From NCBI GenBank assembly GCA_964467345.1, contig CAYXPY010000001.1, positions 82,986 through 146,985 of the forward strand: a stretch of DNA of 64,000 nucleotides, in the 5' to 3' direction. Positions 47,468-57,648 of this stretch are shown piece after piece (positions within the stretch are counted from its first letter, which is position 1; each line of letters begins with the position of its first letter). The DNA is from an uncultured Thermoplasmatales archaeon (GTDB taxonomy: Archaea; Thermoplasmatota; E2; DHVEG-1). Position numbers and translations under genes: made by a program. A model generated the notes under the pieces. It saw only the letters and a program-made list of their open reading frames with translations, did not search any database and was not told the DNA's origin.

Positions 47468-49524
47468 TCTTCAAAGTCCCCTAACACGGAGTGAAGAACA
47501 TCTCGAAAAATTCTATCCTCCTCAGGGGTCAGTCCCTTGGGGAGGGGATACAGCACATGCTCCTTGCGATAAATGCCCTTAAATAAATAGTTAATAAGGG
47601 TGAAAATATTGCCCATGACCAGGGATTTTTCTGTGGTCTCCAGTAAGGTCGTACTAATTCTACCTGCGGCTTTTGGGTCGTTATGGTCATAGAAATAGTC
47701 ATATTCAATGTAGATGAACTTGCCTGTGTCCAGAGGACTGATAAATCCCAACGCATGCTCCAGCTGATACTTATCGCCGACCTCGGCAAACATGTCAATC
47801 CATCGCAGGATGTGTTTTTTATCACCTGCCCAGACCGCTCCACCAGGCCCCATCGCCATCCGCTGTCTCATGAGTCGGGAAGGTAAAATACGGAACGCAT
47901 GGAGCCAGACCACATTCGTGAACTCTGGTTTTGCGTAAATTTTTTTGAAGAATTCCTGCAGGTCAGAATCGTAGACCTTTGCGATGTTAGCTGGTGTCGC
48001 ATCCAATCCTTGCTCCAGATGTTTTTTCATAGGTCCTGCAAAAATCGCCTTGAGCGGGTCTTTCTCCTCTGAAAGTATTTTTAAAAATTCGCTTTCTTTC
48101 AAGGACGCCAATTTCGGTGATCCAAGGATCAAGGTCTTAAGCATGGCTTGATCAATGATGCAATCAGCCATTTCTTCAACGATTTTTTTATCCTCCTTGG
48201 TGCAGATTACATCTACGACGTAGCGGAGTTTCAGATAGTTCTTACAGACATCCTCAAAATCTGTCGCTATCTGCCGTGTCGGGCATATGAACTCCGCAAG
48301 ATATTTATAAGAAAGAACAGCAAGTGACAGACCAATTCTTCGCTTCCCCAGCTCTAGGACCAAATCAAGGGCATCTTGAACATTATCAAACGGAACAAAG
48401 ACCGCTTCCTCCGTTTCGAACACAGGGAAGAGTTTCACTGTGACCTCTGTAATAATATACGAGGGGCTTAGAGAGATATTTGTAAATCCATTATCGGTCG
48501 CATATGGGTTTGATATCTCCAGGTCATGATGATGACGGATGTTGCCATCCATATCGACGAGTTCAAGGTCGATGAAATTATCTGCAAAACAGCCATAGGT
48601 ATTTCCCCAGGTTGTTACAATCCCGGTCGTTGCGATGTTGGCGCATACATGTGCTCCGGCTTCTGCGACATTGGCCCGTAACTTATGTCTATAGGCCTCT
48701 TTTTGGAGTTCAAAAGATGTGACCCCTGCGCCCACCGTGGCAGTGGAGCTTTCCGTATGAATGGATAGTTTTTTCATCCGTAAGAGGTCAATGACGATTC
48801 CTCGTTCCAGACTGGTCGCATTGGATAGCACCGTTGGTGTCGCAACTGATAGCGCGGTTCCACCGCTGCGGGGCAAAAAAGGTATGTTCTTTGTGTTTGC
48901 GAACTGAATGATTTTTGATACCTGCTCGGCATTCTCAGGCATGACGATATAGTAATTCAAGGCAGCATCAGGAGGGATGATGGAACGGATATACGATGAG
49001 ATAATCACGGGATCATTGGTAGCCCATTGGTCACCAACAATACCACGGAGACCTGTGACGATATCGTCCTGTGGTATTTTCTGCAGCTGGGTTTTATCCA
49101 GTGATGCAACATATTCCTTCAAGGCTTTGGCAACTTTCTCGGGACGTAGCTGGGTAGCAAAATTACATTGTTTATCACAGACACCACATAGGCAACAAGA
49201 ATCGGCAATCTCAATGAGTTTCTCTGTTGGTTTAATTCTCCCTTGTTGTAAATGCTTGACTAGTTCCATCCGACCCTGCGGCCAGTATGCGAGATACCCA
49301 TGTTTTTTCCCGGAAGGGCATAAACCAGACCCAAGAAAATCGATACGGCACATCCCACAGTGGGTTCCTTTTTCCGCAATCCGCACTGCGTCATCTAAAC
49401 TAGTTTTTTTCAGTGTTACGACCTGATTTTTTGCCATCTTTTTTTCCTCCATGGCAACTATTTGTTTGTTTTTCATGTCATTTCTGTTATTAAATGTTTT
49501 TATTCGTTTTTTGTCCTGAATCAT
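47461..49524 (-). CDS. FAD-binding oxidoreductase (FAD-linked oxidase/PCMH family) with an N-terminal Cys-rich Fe-S-like domain.
   Basis: N-terminal HCGMCR...CPSG and CCLCGVCDKQC clusters. FAD-binding-4-like IPFLPRSGGTALS. About 690 aa. Confidence 0.5.
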   Translation of the reverse strand: MIQDKKRIKTFNNRNDMKNKQIVAMEEKKMAKNQVVTLKKTSLDDAVRIAEKGTHCGMCRIDFLGSGLCPSGKKHGYLAYWPQGRMELVKHLQQGRIKPTEKLIEIADSCCLCGVCDKQCNFATQLRPEKVAKALKEYVASLDKTQLQKIPQDDIVTGLRGIVGDQWATNDPVIISSYIRSIIPPDAALNYYIVMPENAEQVSKIIQFANTKNIPFLPRSGGTALSVATPTVLSNATSLERGIVIDLLRMKKLSIHTESSTATVGAGVTSFELQKEAYRHKLRANVAEAGAHVCANIATTGIVTTWGNTYGCFADNFIDLELVDMDGNIRHHHDLEISNPYATDNGFTNISLSPSYIITEVTVKLFPVFETEEAVFVPFDNVQDALDLVLELGKRRIGLSLAVLSYKYLAEFICPTRQIATDFEDVCKNYLKLRYVVDVICTKEDKKIVEEMADCIIDQAMLKTLILGSPKLASLKESEFLKILSEEKDPLKAIFAGPMKKHLEQGLDATPANIAKVYDSDLQEFFKKIYAKPEFTNVVWLHAFRILPSRLMRQRMAMGPGGAVWAGDKKHILRWIDMFAEVGDKYQLEHALGFISPLDTGKFIYIEYDYFYDHNDPKAAGRISTTLLETTEKSLVMGNIFTLINYLFKGIYRKEHVLYPLPKGLTPEEDRIFRDVLHSVLGDFEEW

Positions 49525-49534
49525 GTTTTTTTTT

Positions 49535-49547
49535 AAAAAAAAAAAAA
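49535..49547 (-). terminator. Oligo-T (T13 on the minus strand) about 33 nt downstream of the metalloprotease stop. Putative archaeal terminator.
   Basis: A13 on the + strand, directly after T9. It is downstream of the gene's stop in its direction of transcription. Confidence 0.4.
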
Positions 49548-49579
49548 TAATCGAGTCACTAGTTTTAGATCGGATGCAT

Positions 49580-51250
49580 TCAGCTGAGCTGAACCTGCAT
49601 CTTGTTGAGAAGCAAGGAGAGGAAGGCGGAGAGGAACGGATGCTTCTGTAGAAATGTTTTTAGGAAATCAAATTCGAATTGTGATACGAGTGGCATGTTC
49701 ACATCAAGGGTCGCCCATGGACTTTCTGCATTAAAAACGTCTTTTGCTTTTACTTTGACTTGATAGGTTCCTTTCTTTGTCCATGAGTGATTGGCATGTA
49801 CGACGAAGCCTGGTGGGAACGCACCAAGCCATCCTGTGTTGCTGCCATCGCCCCAATCGATCCAGTAGAAGATTGGATCCATATCTAGGTCCGTTGTGGT
49901 GGTGTTGAACATATACTGTTGTCCGGGTTTCCCTTTCGCAGGTCCTGTGATCGTAGGGGTATTGGGTGCATTATCAATGGTAACTGTGTCAGAATCGGGT
50001 GTGGGGTCGATGTTTCCGACCGTATTAATCGCACGAGCATCCATCACATGAGGGCCATGGGGGAGCGGAAATGTGGTGAACATGTAGTTCTCGACAGGCT
50101 GGTTATAGAAACCATCGCTGGGTATCGCTGCATTCCAATATCCACCGTCTATGCGATAGAGCACGACCATAATATTGTTTATTGATACATCGTTGCCTGG
50201 ATTGTGCGTCTGGGGATTATTATTTGGATAGGGGACTTCGGTTGCAGTACCCGTATAGGTGAGAGTCTGGAGTGGTGTTGGATCCTGCGGATAGGGATTT
50301 AACACTGTTTCCGGGAAGGTGTCAACGATATCTTGAATCGTGTCCATATCGGTGTCTCTCCAGCCAACCTGAAGCTTTGTTCCTGAAGAAAGTACAAGAG
50401 CATTGGTATCCATCAGACACCCTGATCCTTCGATATCAGCAGCATTCAGGTACCCACTGTATTCGGTGATTCCATCATATTCATCGGTTGCCCAGAAGAT
50501 GTGCCCGGTCTCGTGGGCCATAACTTGGTTCATGGCAGAGATACCCCATCCGTCGTTATCGTAGGTCATCACGAGATACGGACCACCGAGGAAGGCGTAG
50601 GCGAAATACCCATCCGAGAAATTTCCACCTACATCGTTGCTGCTATCAACGAGAAACACGGTAAAGCACCAATCGGTTCCTTTTGCAGTTCGCATCGCGT
50701 TAACATAATCCCGTGTTCTCTGCATCCAGTCACCGGTCGTGTACCCAAGATAAGCCATCGCCTCACATACCCAGAGTTTCTCGTAGGTAGGATCGGTCAT
50801 CGCAGAAGGATGAATGATTGGTTCATAACTCGTTGGTACAGCTGTGTGAACATCCAAGACATAGCTAAGACTAGCCCATTGATTCTGGCCGACCCACCAG
50901 GACATGGCTTGATTGATCTGGGTTTGAACATTGTTTATTTCTGTTGGAGTCCAATTTTCTGTGTTTGGATCAATTGCTCCATTACTTTCTAGGAAAATCA
51001 ACCCGACTGACACAGAACCGATTAAGTATTCGCTTGTGTCGTAATAACCAGGTTCAGGACCAGATGGAGAGGTCATGACGGAAGGGTCTACGTAGCGGAG
51101 GAGGTCATCGCTGAGTACTTCGATTTCACCTGGACATTCGTTTGTTAGGTTTTGTGTGTTTTCAATTCTTTTTTCAGTGTGCGCAGAAAGTGCCAAGGTG
51201 CTTACGCATAATAAGCCTATTATAAAATAACAAACAATCTTAGTTTTCAT
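49580..51250 (-). CDS. Secreted zinc metalloprotease, M6 (immune-inhibitor-A)-like, with a C-terminal PKD-like domain and conserved tail.
   Basis: Signal peptide. HETGHIFWATDEYDG matches the M6 HEXXHXXGXXDEY motif. C-terminal IDWGDGSNTGW...HSWTKKGTYQVKVKAKDV PKD-like domain. Confidence 0.7.
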   Translation of the reverse strand: MKTKIVCYFIIGLLCVSTLALSAHTEKRIENTQNLTNECPGEIEVLSDDLLRYVDPSVMTSPSGPEPGYYDTSEYLIGSVSVGLIFLESNGAIDPNTENWTPTEINNVQTQINQAMSWWVGQNQWASLSYVLDVHTAVPTSYEPIIHPSAMTDPTYEKLWVCEAMAYLGYTTGDWMQRTRDYVNAMRTAKGTDWCFTVFLVDSSNDVGGNFSDGYFAYAFLGGPYLVMTYDNDGWGISAMNQVMAHETGHIFWATDEYDGITEYSGYLNAADIEGSGCLMDTNALVLSSGTKLQVGWRDTDMDTIQDIVDTFPETVLNPYPQDPTPLQTLTYTGTATEVPYPNNNPQTHNPGNDVSINNIMVVLYRIDGGYWNAAIPSDGFYNQPVENYMFTTFPLPHGPHVMDARAINTVGNIDPTPDSDTVTIDNAPNTPTITGPAKGKPGQQYMFNTTTTDLDMDPIFYWIDWGDGSNTGWLGAFPPGFVVHANHSWTKKGTYQVKVKAKDVFNAESPWATLDVNMPLVSQFEFDFLKTFLQKHPFLSAFLSLLLNKMQVQLS

Positions 51251-51538
51251 ATTTCTTCCCTGCGATAAGTTATCACAGTGGGCTTATTTATATATTTCTT
51301 AGTAATAATTCAGTTATTCTCCGAGAAACAAAAAGACTTTTACTAAGAAAAAAAGATGAAAAAGAGGCGAATTTCTAGAGTAAAGAATAATTATTTCTCT
51401 TATCACGCTTGCTTAAGATAATATCACTTGCTATTGCACTCGTGTAAAAAATATAAAAAAAACAACAGAAATTCAAGAAATAATGATAAAAAAATAAATA
51501 TATCTGTTTGTGATTAAAATAATGAGAAAGGATGTCCT

Positions 51539-52519
51539 ATGAGAAATAAACAGAAAAAAACTGTCCTGTATGCTTGCCTGGGATCTGTACTCTTCATTCT
51601 TCTCACCTTATCTGGTTGTATGCATAAAATCCCAGAAGACCCAAATACGTTTACTAGGACAATTCTTTTCGATAGTCTTACCCGGTCGTATCGAATCCAC
51701 ATCCCGCCATTAGTACCAGAGAACAGCAGCCCCGCTCTTGTGTTTGTTCTTCATGGTGGTGGCGGTACTGCTGAGGGCATGGAACGAACCTTGACCCAAG
51801 GGGGATTTAACACACTGGCTGACCACTATGGCTTCCTTGTTGTGTATCCCGATGGCATTGAAAAAAATTGGAACGATGGAAGAAAAAACGTCTCTGATCC
51901 CGCCCATGAACAAAACATCGATGACGTCGGTTTTATTCAAGCCCTTATTGAGAATCTTACTGATGAATTCAATATTAATCCCACTCAAATATTTTCTACA
52001 GGAATATCAAATGGGGCGATGATGTCCTATCGTCTTGCATTTGAGATACCTGAAAAAATCGCTGCGATCGCCCCAGTCGCAGGAGCAGTACCAATCGATC
52101 TGCTGTCGCATAACATATCAGATAATCCAGTCTCTGTCTGCGTTATCAGTGGAACACATGACCCGCTTGTACCATGGGCAGGAGGATTGGTCGGTACTCC
52201 AAGAAACCCACGGGGGGTTGTGATCTCGGTACCTGAATCTGTCTTATTTTGGGTCCTGCATAATAACTGTTCCACTACACCAAATAGCACGGTATTACCA
52301 GATAAAGACCCAAAAGACCATACCTGGATTCAACAAGACACCTATACAGGAGGCGCAGGGAACGCCGAGGTGGTTTTATACACTATTTATAACGGGGGTC
52401 ACACCTGGCCAGATGGGTACCAATATCTCCCTGAGATACTCGTCGGGAGAACATCCCATGATATGGATGCAAATACAGTGATTTGGGATTTTTTTTCCAC
52501 CCATTCAAAACAACAATAA
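51539..52519 (+). CDS. Lipoprotein esterase of the PHB-depolymerase/LpqC (COG3509) alpha/beta-hydrolase family.
   Basis: Lipobox LTLSGC. LVFVLHGGGGTAEGM. Nucleophile elbow GISNG. Confidence 0.7.
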   Translation: MRNKQKKTVLYACLGSVLFILLTLSGCMHKIPEDPNTFTRTILFDSLTRSYRIHIPPLVPENSSPALVFVLHGGGGTAEGMERTLTQGGFNTLADHYGFLVVYPDGIEKNWNDGRKNVSDPAHEQNIDDVGFIQALIENLTDEFNINPTQIFSTGISNGAMMSYRLAFEIPEKIAAIAPVAGAVPIDLLSHNISDNPVSVCVISGTHDPLVPWAGGLVGTPRNPRGVVISVPESVLFWVLHNNCSTTPNSTVLPDKDPKDHTWIQQDTYTGGAGNAEVVLYTIYNGGHTWPDGYQYLPEILVGRTSHDMDANTVIWDFFSTHSKQQ

Positions 52520-52662
52520 AACGATATCAGTGATTTGTTGATACGAGGTTATTTACCGCTCTGGTGAAGAGAATATCATAGAAGAGAAAGACTCCCACTC
52601 AGGTACCAAGCCTACCGAATTTTGATTGATAGTTTTGCGTATTTAAAAAATGTTTGTATACC

Positions 52663-54060
52663 TCAATGTTTCTTTGTTTTTTTTGTTTTTTTTGGTTGCG
52701 TGGATTTGGCTTGTTGTTTAACCATACCATCCTGGGTCTTTTTTTTCGTCTGACCTGTGTCTGTATTCTCGGTGACATCGCTCATCGTGGTATAAACAGA
52801 AACTACTTTTCCGTTTTCGTCAAAGAGGAAAAAATCATGGGAGATAACATACCTTTTTTCACCAGTTATCGTCTGGAATTCCCGTAAATTACCGCTTGTA
52901 TACGATGTTCCCTGAGATATCTTCTGCGAGAAGGACTTCTTCGCATTCATTCGTTCATGTTTGGAGATGAAATCAAAGATTGATCTTCCGATTACTTCGT
53001 CTTTTGTATACCCAAATGTCTGGCACCATTTCTCATTGACATCTGTAATCACGCCTTTCGGATTTAAGGTATGGTAGGGAACTGGTGCTTTTTCATAGAG
53101 GAGTTTGAATTTCTTCTCTGATTCTTGTAAGTTTTTTTCCATTTTCTTTTGATCACTGATGTCTTTGATGACACCGATTGAGCCGACGATTTTATCTTCA
53201 TGATTTTTCAGAACACTCAGGGAGAGATCGACGTCTAATTGTTCGTTATCCTTCTTTTGTATTTTTGTTTCAAGATGGTGTTGCATACCTTTTTGGCGAA
53301 TGTTCTGCGATCGTATTTTTTGCCATTCGGAGTGTGGATAGAGGTCCTTGACAGGCTTAAGATGTAAGTTTTGTTTATCCATCTCTAGTAATGTTTCTGC
53401 ATATTTGTTCCAGGAGATGATTCGTTCATTTTCATCGGTTAATGTGATAGCGACAGCAGAGTTATCAAAAATTGTTCTGTATCTTTTTTCAGATTCTTTT
53501 AATTCTTTTTCGACTTTCTTTAGCTCAGTGATATCTGTTATGATTGCGACTGACCCGACGATTTCCCCGTTGCATCCTTTTAAAATACACAGCGAGAGGT
53601 CTACATCGAAGGGACTTTTGTTTTTTCGTAGCATCTTTGTTTCCATACGATATCGAATACCTTTTTGCCGAACGTTTTCCAGGCGAATTTTCTGCCATTC
53701 TTCAGACGGATAGAGAGAATGCACAGGCTTCATGAACAGATCTTTTTCTTGCATGTGTAACAGATCTTCTGTGTATTTGTTCCAAGAAACAATGCGTTCT
53801 TGGTTATCTGCCAACATGATAGCTACCGAGTAATTGTCAAAAATTGTTTCAAATTTCTCTTGCGGGCTTACTAAGTCGATAATGGTCCTTTTTGGTTCGT
53901 ATCGGGAAGATTCTGTCGAGTTTGTGGATATAAATTCCTTCTGCTGAATCAGGGTAGTTGACGTGCAGTTCCGGTTGGAATTGCTTGACAAAGGTTTCGG
54001 TAGTTTTCCTAATCGTTCCTCTTCTCGAAGTGTTTTTATTATCTCTGGCTCAGTTTTCAC
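52663..54060 (-). CDS. PAS-domain protein (2-3 PAS repeats, no kinase domain) with a Lys/Thr-rich C-terminal tail.
   Basis: PAS repeats paralogous to those of the 24685..27822 kinase. Shares its N-terminal motif EPEIIKTLREEER. Ends ...KKTKKTKKH. Confidence 0.7.
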   Translation of the reverse strand: MKTEPEIIKTLREEERLGKLPKPLSSNSNRNCTSTTLIQQKEFISTNSTESSRYEPKRTIIDLVSPQEKFETIFDNYSVAIMLADNQERIVSWNKYTEDLLHMQEKDLFMKPVHSLYPSEEWQKIRLENVRQKGIRYRMETKMLRKNKSPFDVDLSLCILKGCNGEIVGSVAIITDITELKKVEKELKESEKRYRTIFDNSAVAITLTDENERIISWNKYAETLLEMDKQNLHLKPVKDLYPHSEWQKIRSQNIRQKGMQHHLETKIQKKDNEQLDVDLSLSVLKNHEDKIVGSIGVIKDISDQKKMEKNLQESEKKFKLLYEKAPVPYHTLNPKGVITDVNEKWCQTFGYTKDEVIGRSIFDFISKHERMNAKKSFSQKISQGTSYTSGNLREFQTITGEKRYVISHDFFLFDENGKVVSVYTTMSDVTENTDTGQTKKKTQDGMVKQQAKSTQPKKTKKTKKH

Positions 54061-54342
54061 GTGACCACCTCTAAAATCCTATTTTTCATTAATTGGACGA
54101 TACCGCTCTTCACATGATACGTATGTGTTGTTCTGCCCAACTCTTTTATTCTCTCTGTAATCGCGTCCCATCTCTAACAGCCTCATTAATGAGGTCAGCA
54201 TAGGAAATACATTCACTGTATTAAAAATTACTCACAAGACTTCGGTTTCTATGATTCTTCTGTCTAAAATGACGATGGAACCAAGACAGGGAAAATTTTA
54301 AATCCTATTATTTATACATCCCCGTCGGAGGCACTGAACAAT

Positions 54343-55320
54343 ATGTGGTTACAAATACGTCTTTATGTGCTCGTTGGTCTTATGTTTGCGATCCTATATG
54401 GGATCCTAACAGGAATTGGATATTATTTAGGGGTCACAGGATTCTATTTTTATATCCTAATCACCGGGGTAGCTGCGGGTTTTGTCTTGTTACAATATAT
54501 CATCGGACCGAAAATCGTGGAATGGTCCATGAAAATCAAGTATGTCAGTGAACAAGAATACCCGAAACTTCATATGATGACCGCAGAGTTAGCGGTAAAA
54601 GCAGGGCTTCCCAACAAACCAAAGGTAGGTATATCGCAGCTACCGATACCTAATGCCTTCGCGTTTGGTCGGACTAAGAGAGGCTCACGGGTCTGTGTCA
54701 CCAGAGGGCTTCTCGACCTTTTAAATGATGATGAATTAAAAGCGGTCCTTGGGCATGAGATCTCCCATATTAAGCACCGGGACGTGGCGGTTATCACAAT
54801 TCTAAGTGTGATTCCAATGATATGTTACATGCTGTATATTACGTTTTTATGGGGTGGTATGGGTCGACGCAGCCGGGATAGCGGGGGAGCAATCGCTATC
54901 GGGCTTCTTGCCTTGGTTGTGTATTTCATCACCAGTCTGCTGGTGATGTACGGGTCACGGATACGGGAATACTACGCAGATAAAGGCAGCGCCGAGCTTG
55001 GAAACCAACCGCATCATTTAGCAACCGCTCTGTATAAACTGACACTAAGTTCAGCACGGACCCCTAAACATGCACTGAAACAAAGTGAAGGGATGAAGGC
55101 GTTTTTTATAAATGATCCGTCCAGAGCCATGTATGAGGTTCGTGAGCTGAAGGATATCGACCTGGATATGAGTGGCACGATTGACCAAAACGAACTGATG
55201 ATGCTTTCAGCAAAAAAAGTAACCCTTAAGACCGGGGATAAACTCATTGAAATCCTCAGTACACATCCCAATGTCGTGAAACGAATCAAACATCTCGCAT
55301 CTTTTTCAGAAAACCAGTAA
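54343..55320 (+). CDS. htpX: HtpX-like M48 zinc metalloprotease.
   Basis: HEISHIKHRD HEXXH motif between TM helices. Four TM segments. Confidence 0.85.
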   Translation: MWLQIRLYVLVGLMFAILYGILTGIGYYLGVTGFYFYILITGVAAGFVLLQYIIGPKIVEWSMKIKYVSEQEYPKLHMMTAELAVKAGLPNKPKVGISQLPIPNAFAFGRTKRGSRVCVTRGLLDLLNDDELKAVLGHEISHIKHRDVAVITILSVIPMICYMLYITFLWGGMGRRSRDSGGAIAIGLLALVVYFITSLLVMYGSRIREYYADKGSAELGNQPHHLATALYKLTLSSARTPKHALKQSEGMKAFFINDPSRAMYEVRELKDIDLDMSGTIDQNELMMLSAKKVTLKTGDKLIEILSTHPNVVKRIKHLASFSENQ

Positions 55321-55393
55321 AATCAGAGGCACCAAGTTCGTTATGACAAAGAAGAAAAACTTGGAATGACGCGAGAAAAGATTCATATTTTAT

Positions 55394-55409
55394 AAAAAAA
55401 AAAAAAAAA
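55394..55409 (-). terminator. Oligo-T (T16 on the minus strand) 8 nt downstream of the small membrane-protein gene. Putative terminator.
   Basis: A16 on the + strand, adjacent to the stop of the 55417..55665 minus-strand gene. Confidence 0.4.
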
Positions 55410-55416
55410 GGGGATT

Positions 55417-55665
55417 TTATTTTTGTACTACACCACCCCATTTCGAGATATACACAATGCCTAAGACGGAAACCACTGTGATTATCAATCCCATAACTAT
55501 CCCGTAGATAAGGGCTGTTGTGTCTGGAAATCCGCCTTCTTGCCACAGTCCAGCTAGTTTCATCGCTCCGATAATGATATCTTTCCAGATGAGAGCTATG
55601 ATAAAGCCAAATGCTGCAGCTATTGATACTGCTATTGTGCTCTTTATTTCCTTTATGGTTACCAT
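55417..55665 (-). CDS. Small membrane protein (82 aa, 2 TM).
   Basis: Two hydrophobic helices. Upstream of the folate operon, on the same strand. Confidence 0.45.
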   Translation of the reverse strand: MVTIKEIKSTIAVSIAAAFGFIIALIWKDIIIGAMKLAGLWQEGGFPDTTALIYGIVMGLIITVVSVLGIVYISKWGGVVQK

Positions 55666-55746
55666 GTTTCACCTCCCCTTATTTATGATTGAGCTGAAAA
55701 CATTGAAATGCTATTTAATCATTTCGAAAAAAACACCATTTTTTGA

Positions 55747-56775
55747 TTATTCCAAGGGAATAAGACTCTTTCCATAGAGGAACCGCAGACAGAGCAATGG
55801 CCAGGCAATCAATGATAACATAAGAAGTAAAGTAGCCATGATTCCAAAATGCTCTGTCAAGGTACTTAAAAGCACAACAGGGATTAAGAGAAGCGCAAGA
55901 CCTTCATGAGCTCCTTCGTAAATAAGCATCAGATTCCGATTGCGAAGCGATGTTGTCAAAATCCCCCGTGTCGTAAAGAGTAAAACAAAGGCTAATATGA
56001 AAAAAAAAGCAAGAGGAAACGGAAAACCATTGATGAGATATGATGAGTATCCGAAAATCAACGGCAGCAGCGCTACACCAATGTGCAAAAATTTTATAGC
56101 ATAAGCATACACGATAAATGAGAAGGGTTTTTGTAGCTCATTTTCAACCACCTGGGTTCCAAAGAGAACAGGAGTGGTCGTGATCCCTAGTTTTGTATCG
56201 TATTCCACATCTTTCAAATTTGCTGAGACACCAACGCTGAAGACCCACTGTAACGCTGCAACACAGGAGATACTCAGAGCGAAAAACGATATTTCCCTTG
56301 AGACGGTGAACGCACCAAGCAGCCCATAGCAGAACACTGCAGCAGCCAAGACATATTCCATACCTGGTGTTCGCTTGCTGTATCGATTATACAGAGTCAT
56401 TAGGAGAAACGAAAGCAACAATAAGACTACAGAACGAAATGAAAAGAAAAAAACAACGACGATACTCAGTGAAACAACAAAAGCACCAAGAAAAAGACCC
56501 TGTGCCTGCGATCGTGATATCGCTCCGGATATCAGTGGTCGTTGTACCACATATTCTGACTGTTGGTCAACCTCCATGTCGAAGTAATCGTTTTGGACAA
56601 ACACAAAGATATGACCAAGGACGCCAAGTAGTAATAACATCAAAAGAGAAAAACCATTATATTGACCATTACACAATGCCCCAAAAACAGGGGTAAATCC
56701 GATGAAAAGGATGCCATAGGGTCGAATCAGTTTTAGGTACTCTAAAATAACCTTCACAATCTCAAAATCCTTCAT
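55747..56775 (-). CDS. UbiA-family prenyltransferase (fourth in the window), encoded in the folP-folK-PTPS operon.
   Basis: LIRPYGILF N-terminus and NDYFDMEVDQQSEYVVQRP Asp-rich motif. Its start abuts the PTPS stop with no gap. Confidence 0.75.
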   Translation of the reverse strand: MKDFEIVKVILEYLKLIRPYGILFIGFTPVFGALCNGQYNGFSLLMLLLLGVLGHIFVFVQNDYFDMEVDQQSEYVVQRPLISGAISRSQAQGLFLGAFVVSLSIVVVFFFSFRSVVLLLLSFLLMTLYNRYSKRTPGMEYVLAAAVFCYGLLGAFTVSREISFFALSISCVAALQWVFSVGVSANLKDVEYDTKLGITTTPVLFGTQVVENELQKPFSFIVYAYAIKFLHIGVALLPLIFGYSSYLINGFPFPLAFFFILAFVLLFTTRGILTTSLRNRNLMLIYEGAHEGLALLLIPVVLLSTLTEHFGIMATLLLMLSLIAWPLLCLRFLYGKSLIPLE

Positions 56776-57114
56776 TCAAAGGTGCATCTCTACCCATTTC
56801 CCGTGCCCTTCCCAAAGGCGGAGTGAATAAACCGGTAGCTTCTCTTTCAACTGCACATTTATCCATTCAAGGATATGCTCAGCGGTTGGGTTTTCAAAAA
56901 GCTCATTTAAAGCCTGATGATCCAGTTTCTCTATGATGGTGGTTTCTACTATTTCCTTTATTTTTGCAAAATCCACAACCATTCCATCCTTTTTTATAGC
57001 TCCCTCGATAACAACCTCGAGTTTATAGGTATGACCATGGAGTTTCTCACATTTGCCCTTGTAATGAGGGATATAATGCGCAGCGTCAAAATAGAACTCT
57101 CGACATAATCTCAT
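56776..57114 (-). CDS. 6-pyruvoyl-tetrahydropterin synthase family protein (PTPS-III/QueD-like).
   Basis: CREFYFDAAHYIPHYKGKCEKLHGHTYKLEV contains the Cys and His zinc/active-site residues of the PTPS fold. 112 aa. Confidence 0.75.
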   Translation of the reverse strand: MRLCREFYFDAAHYIPHYKGKCEKLHGHTYKLEVVIEGAIKKDGMVVDFAKIKEIVETTIIEKLDHQALNELFENPTAEHILEWINVQLKEKLPVYSLRLWEGHGKWVEMHL

Positions 57115-57168
57115 AACTGATGCTCCTTTTTCTTATCTGAGTATGGAGACCTTGGATATAAACATCAT

Positions 57169-57648
57169 CTATCTATAGAGGATGACTTTTTCAAACCAAC
57201 GGCGACTTTGATACATCTCTTGGATAGAGAGTTTTTTTTCTGGATGGATGAACTCTGGGTCAAGGTCTAAAAGCGGTTGGAGCATAAAGAGTCGGTCTTG
57301 AATCCGAGGATGAGGGATGATGAGGTCCTTAGTTTTTACAACAACATCGTCATAAAACAAAATATCTATGTCGATACTCCGTGGTCCATTTTTCACTGTT
57401 TTTGTCCGTCCAAGTTTTTGTTCGATTGATTTGAGACGGACTAACAGTTCTTCTGGGGTTAGCATCGTTTCAATTTCAGCACAACAGTTCAGAAACCAAT
57501 CCTGTTGAACCTCTCCAACGGGTTCGGTGAGATAGAGACGAGACATTTTTTTTATCGTACAGAAATCAGAAAGATGGCTGAGTGCGTCATGGATGTTTTT
57601 TTCCTTATCACCGATATTTGAGCCAAGACCAAGGAACACTTTTGCCAT
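57169..57648 (-). CDS. folK: 2-amino-4-hydroxy-6-hydroxymethyldihydropteridine pyrophosphokinase (HPPK).
   Basis: MAKVFLGLGSNIGD...LYLTEPVG...GPRSIDIDIL is the canonical FolK signature. TAATG overlap with the folP stop. Confidence 0.85.
   Translation of the reverse strand: MAKVFLGLGSNIGDKEKNIHDALSHLSDFCTIKKMSRLYLTEPVGEVQQDWFLNCCAEIETMLTPEELLVRLKSIEQKLGRTKTVKNGPRSIDIDILFYDDVVVKTKDLIIPHPRIQDRLFMLQPLLDLDPEFIHPEKKLSIQEMYQSRRWFEKVILYR

Noticed and set aside
49590-49605. Perfect 6-bp hairpin TTCAGC-TGA-GCTGAA.
   Set aside because: It lies inside the C-terminal coding region of the M6-like protease gene, so it is most likely incidental.
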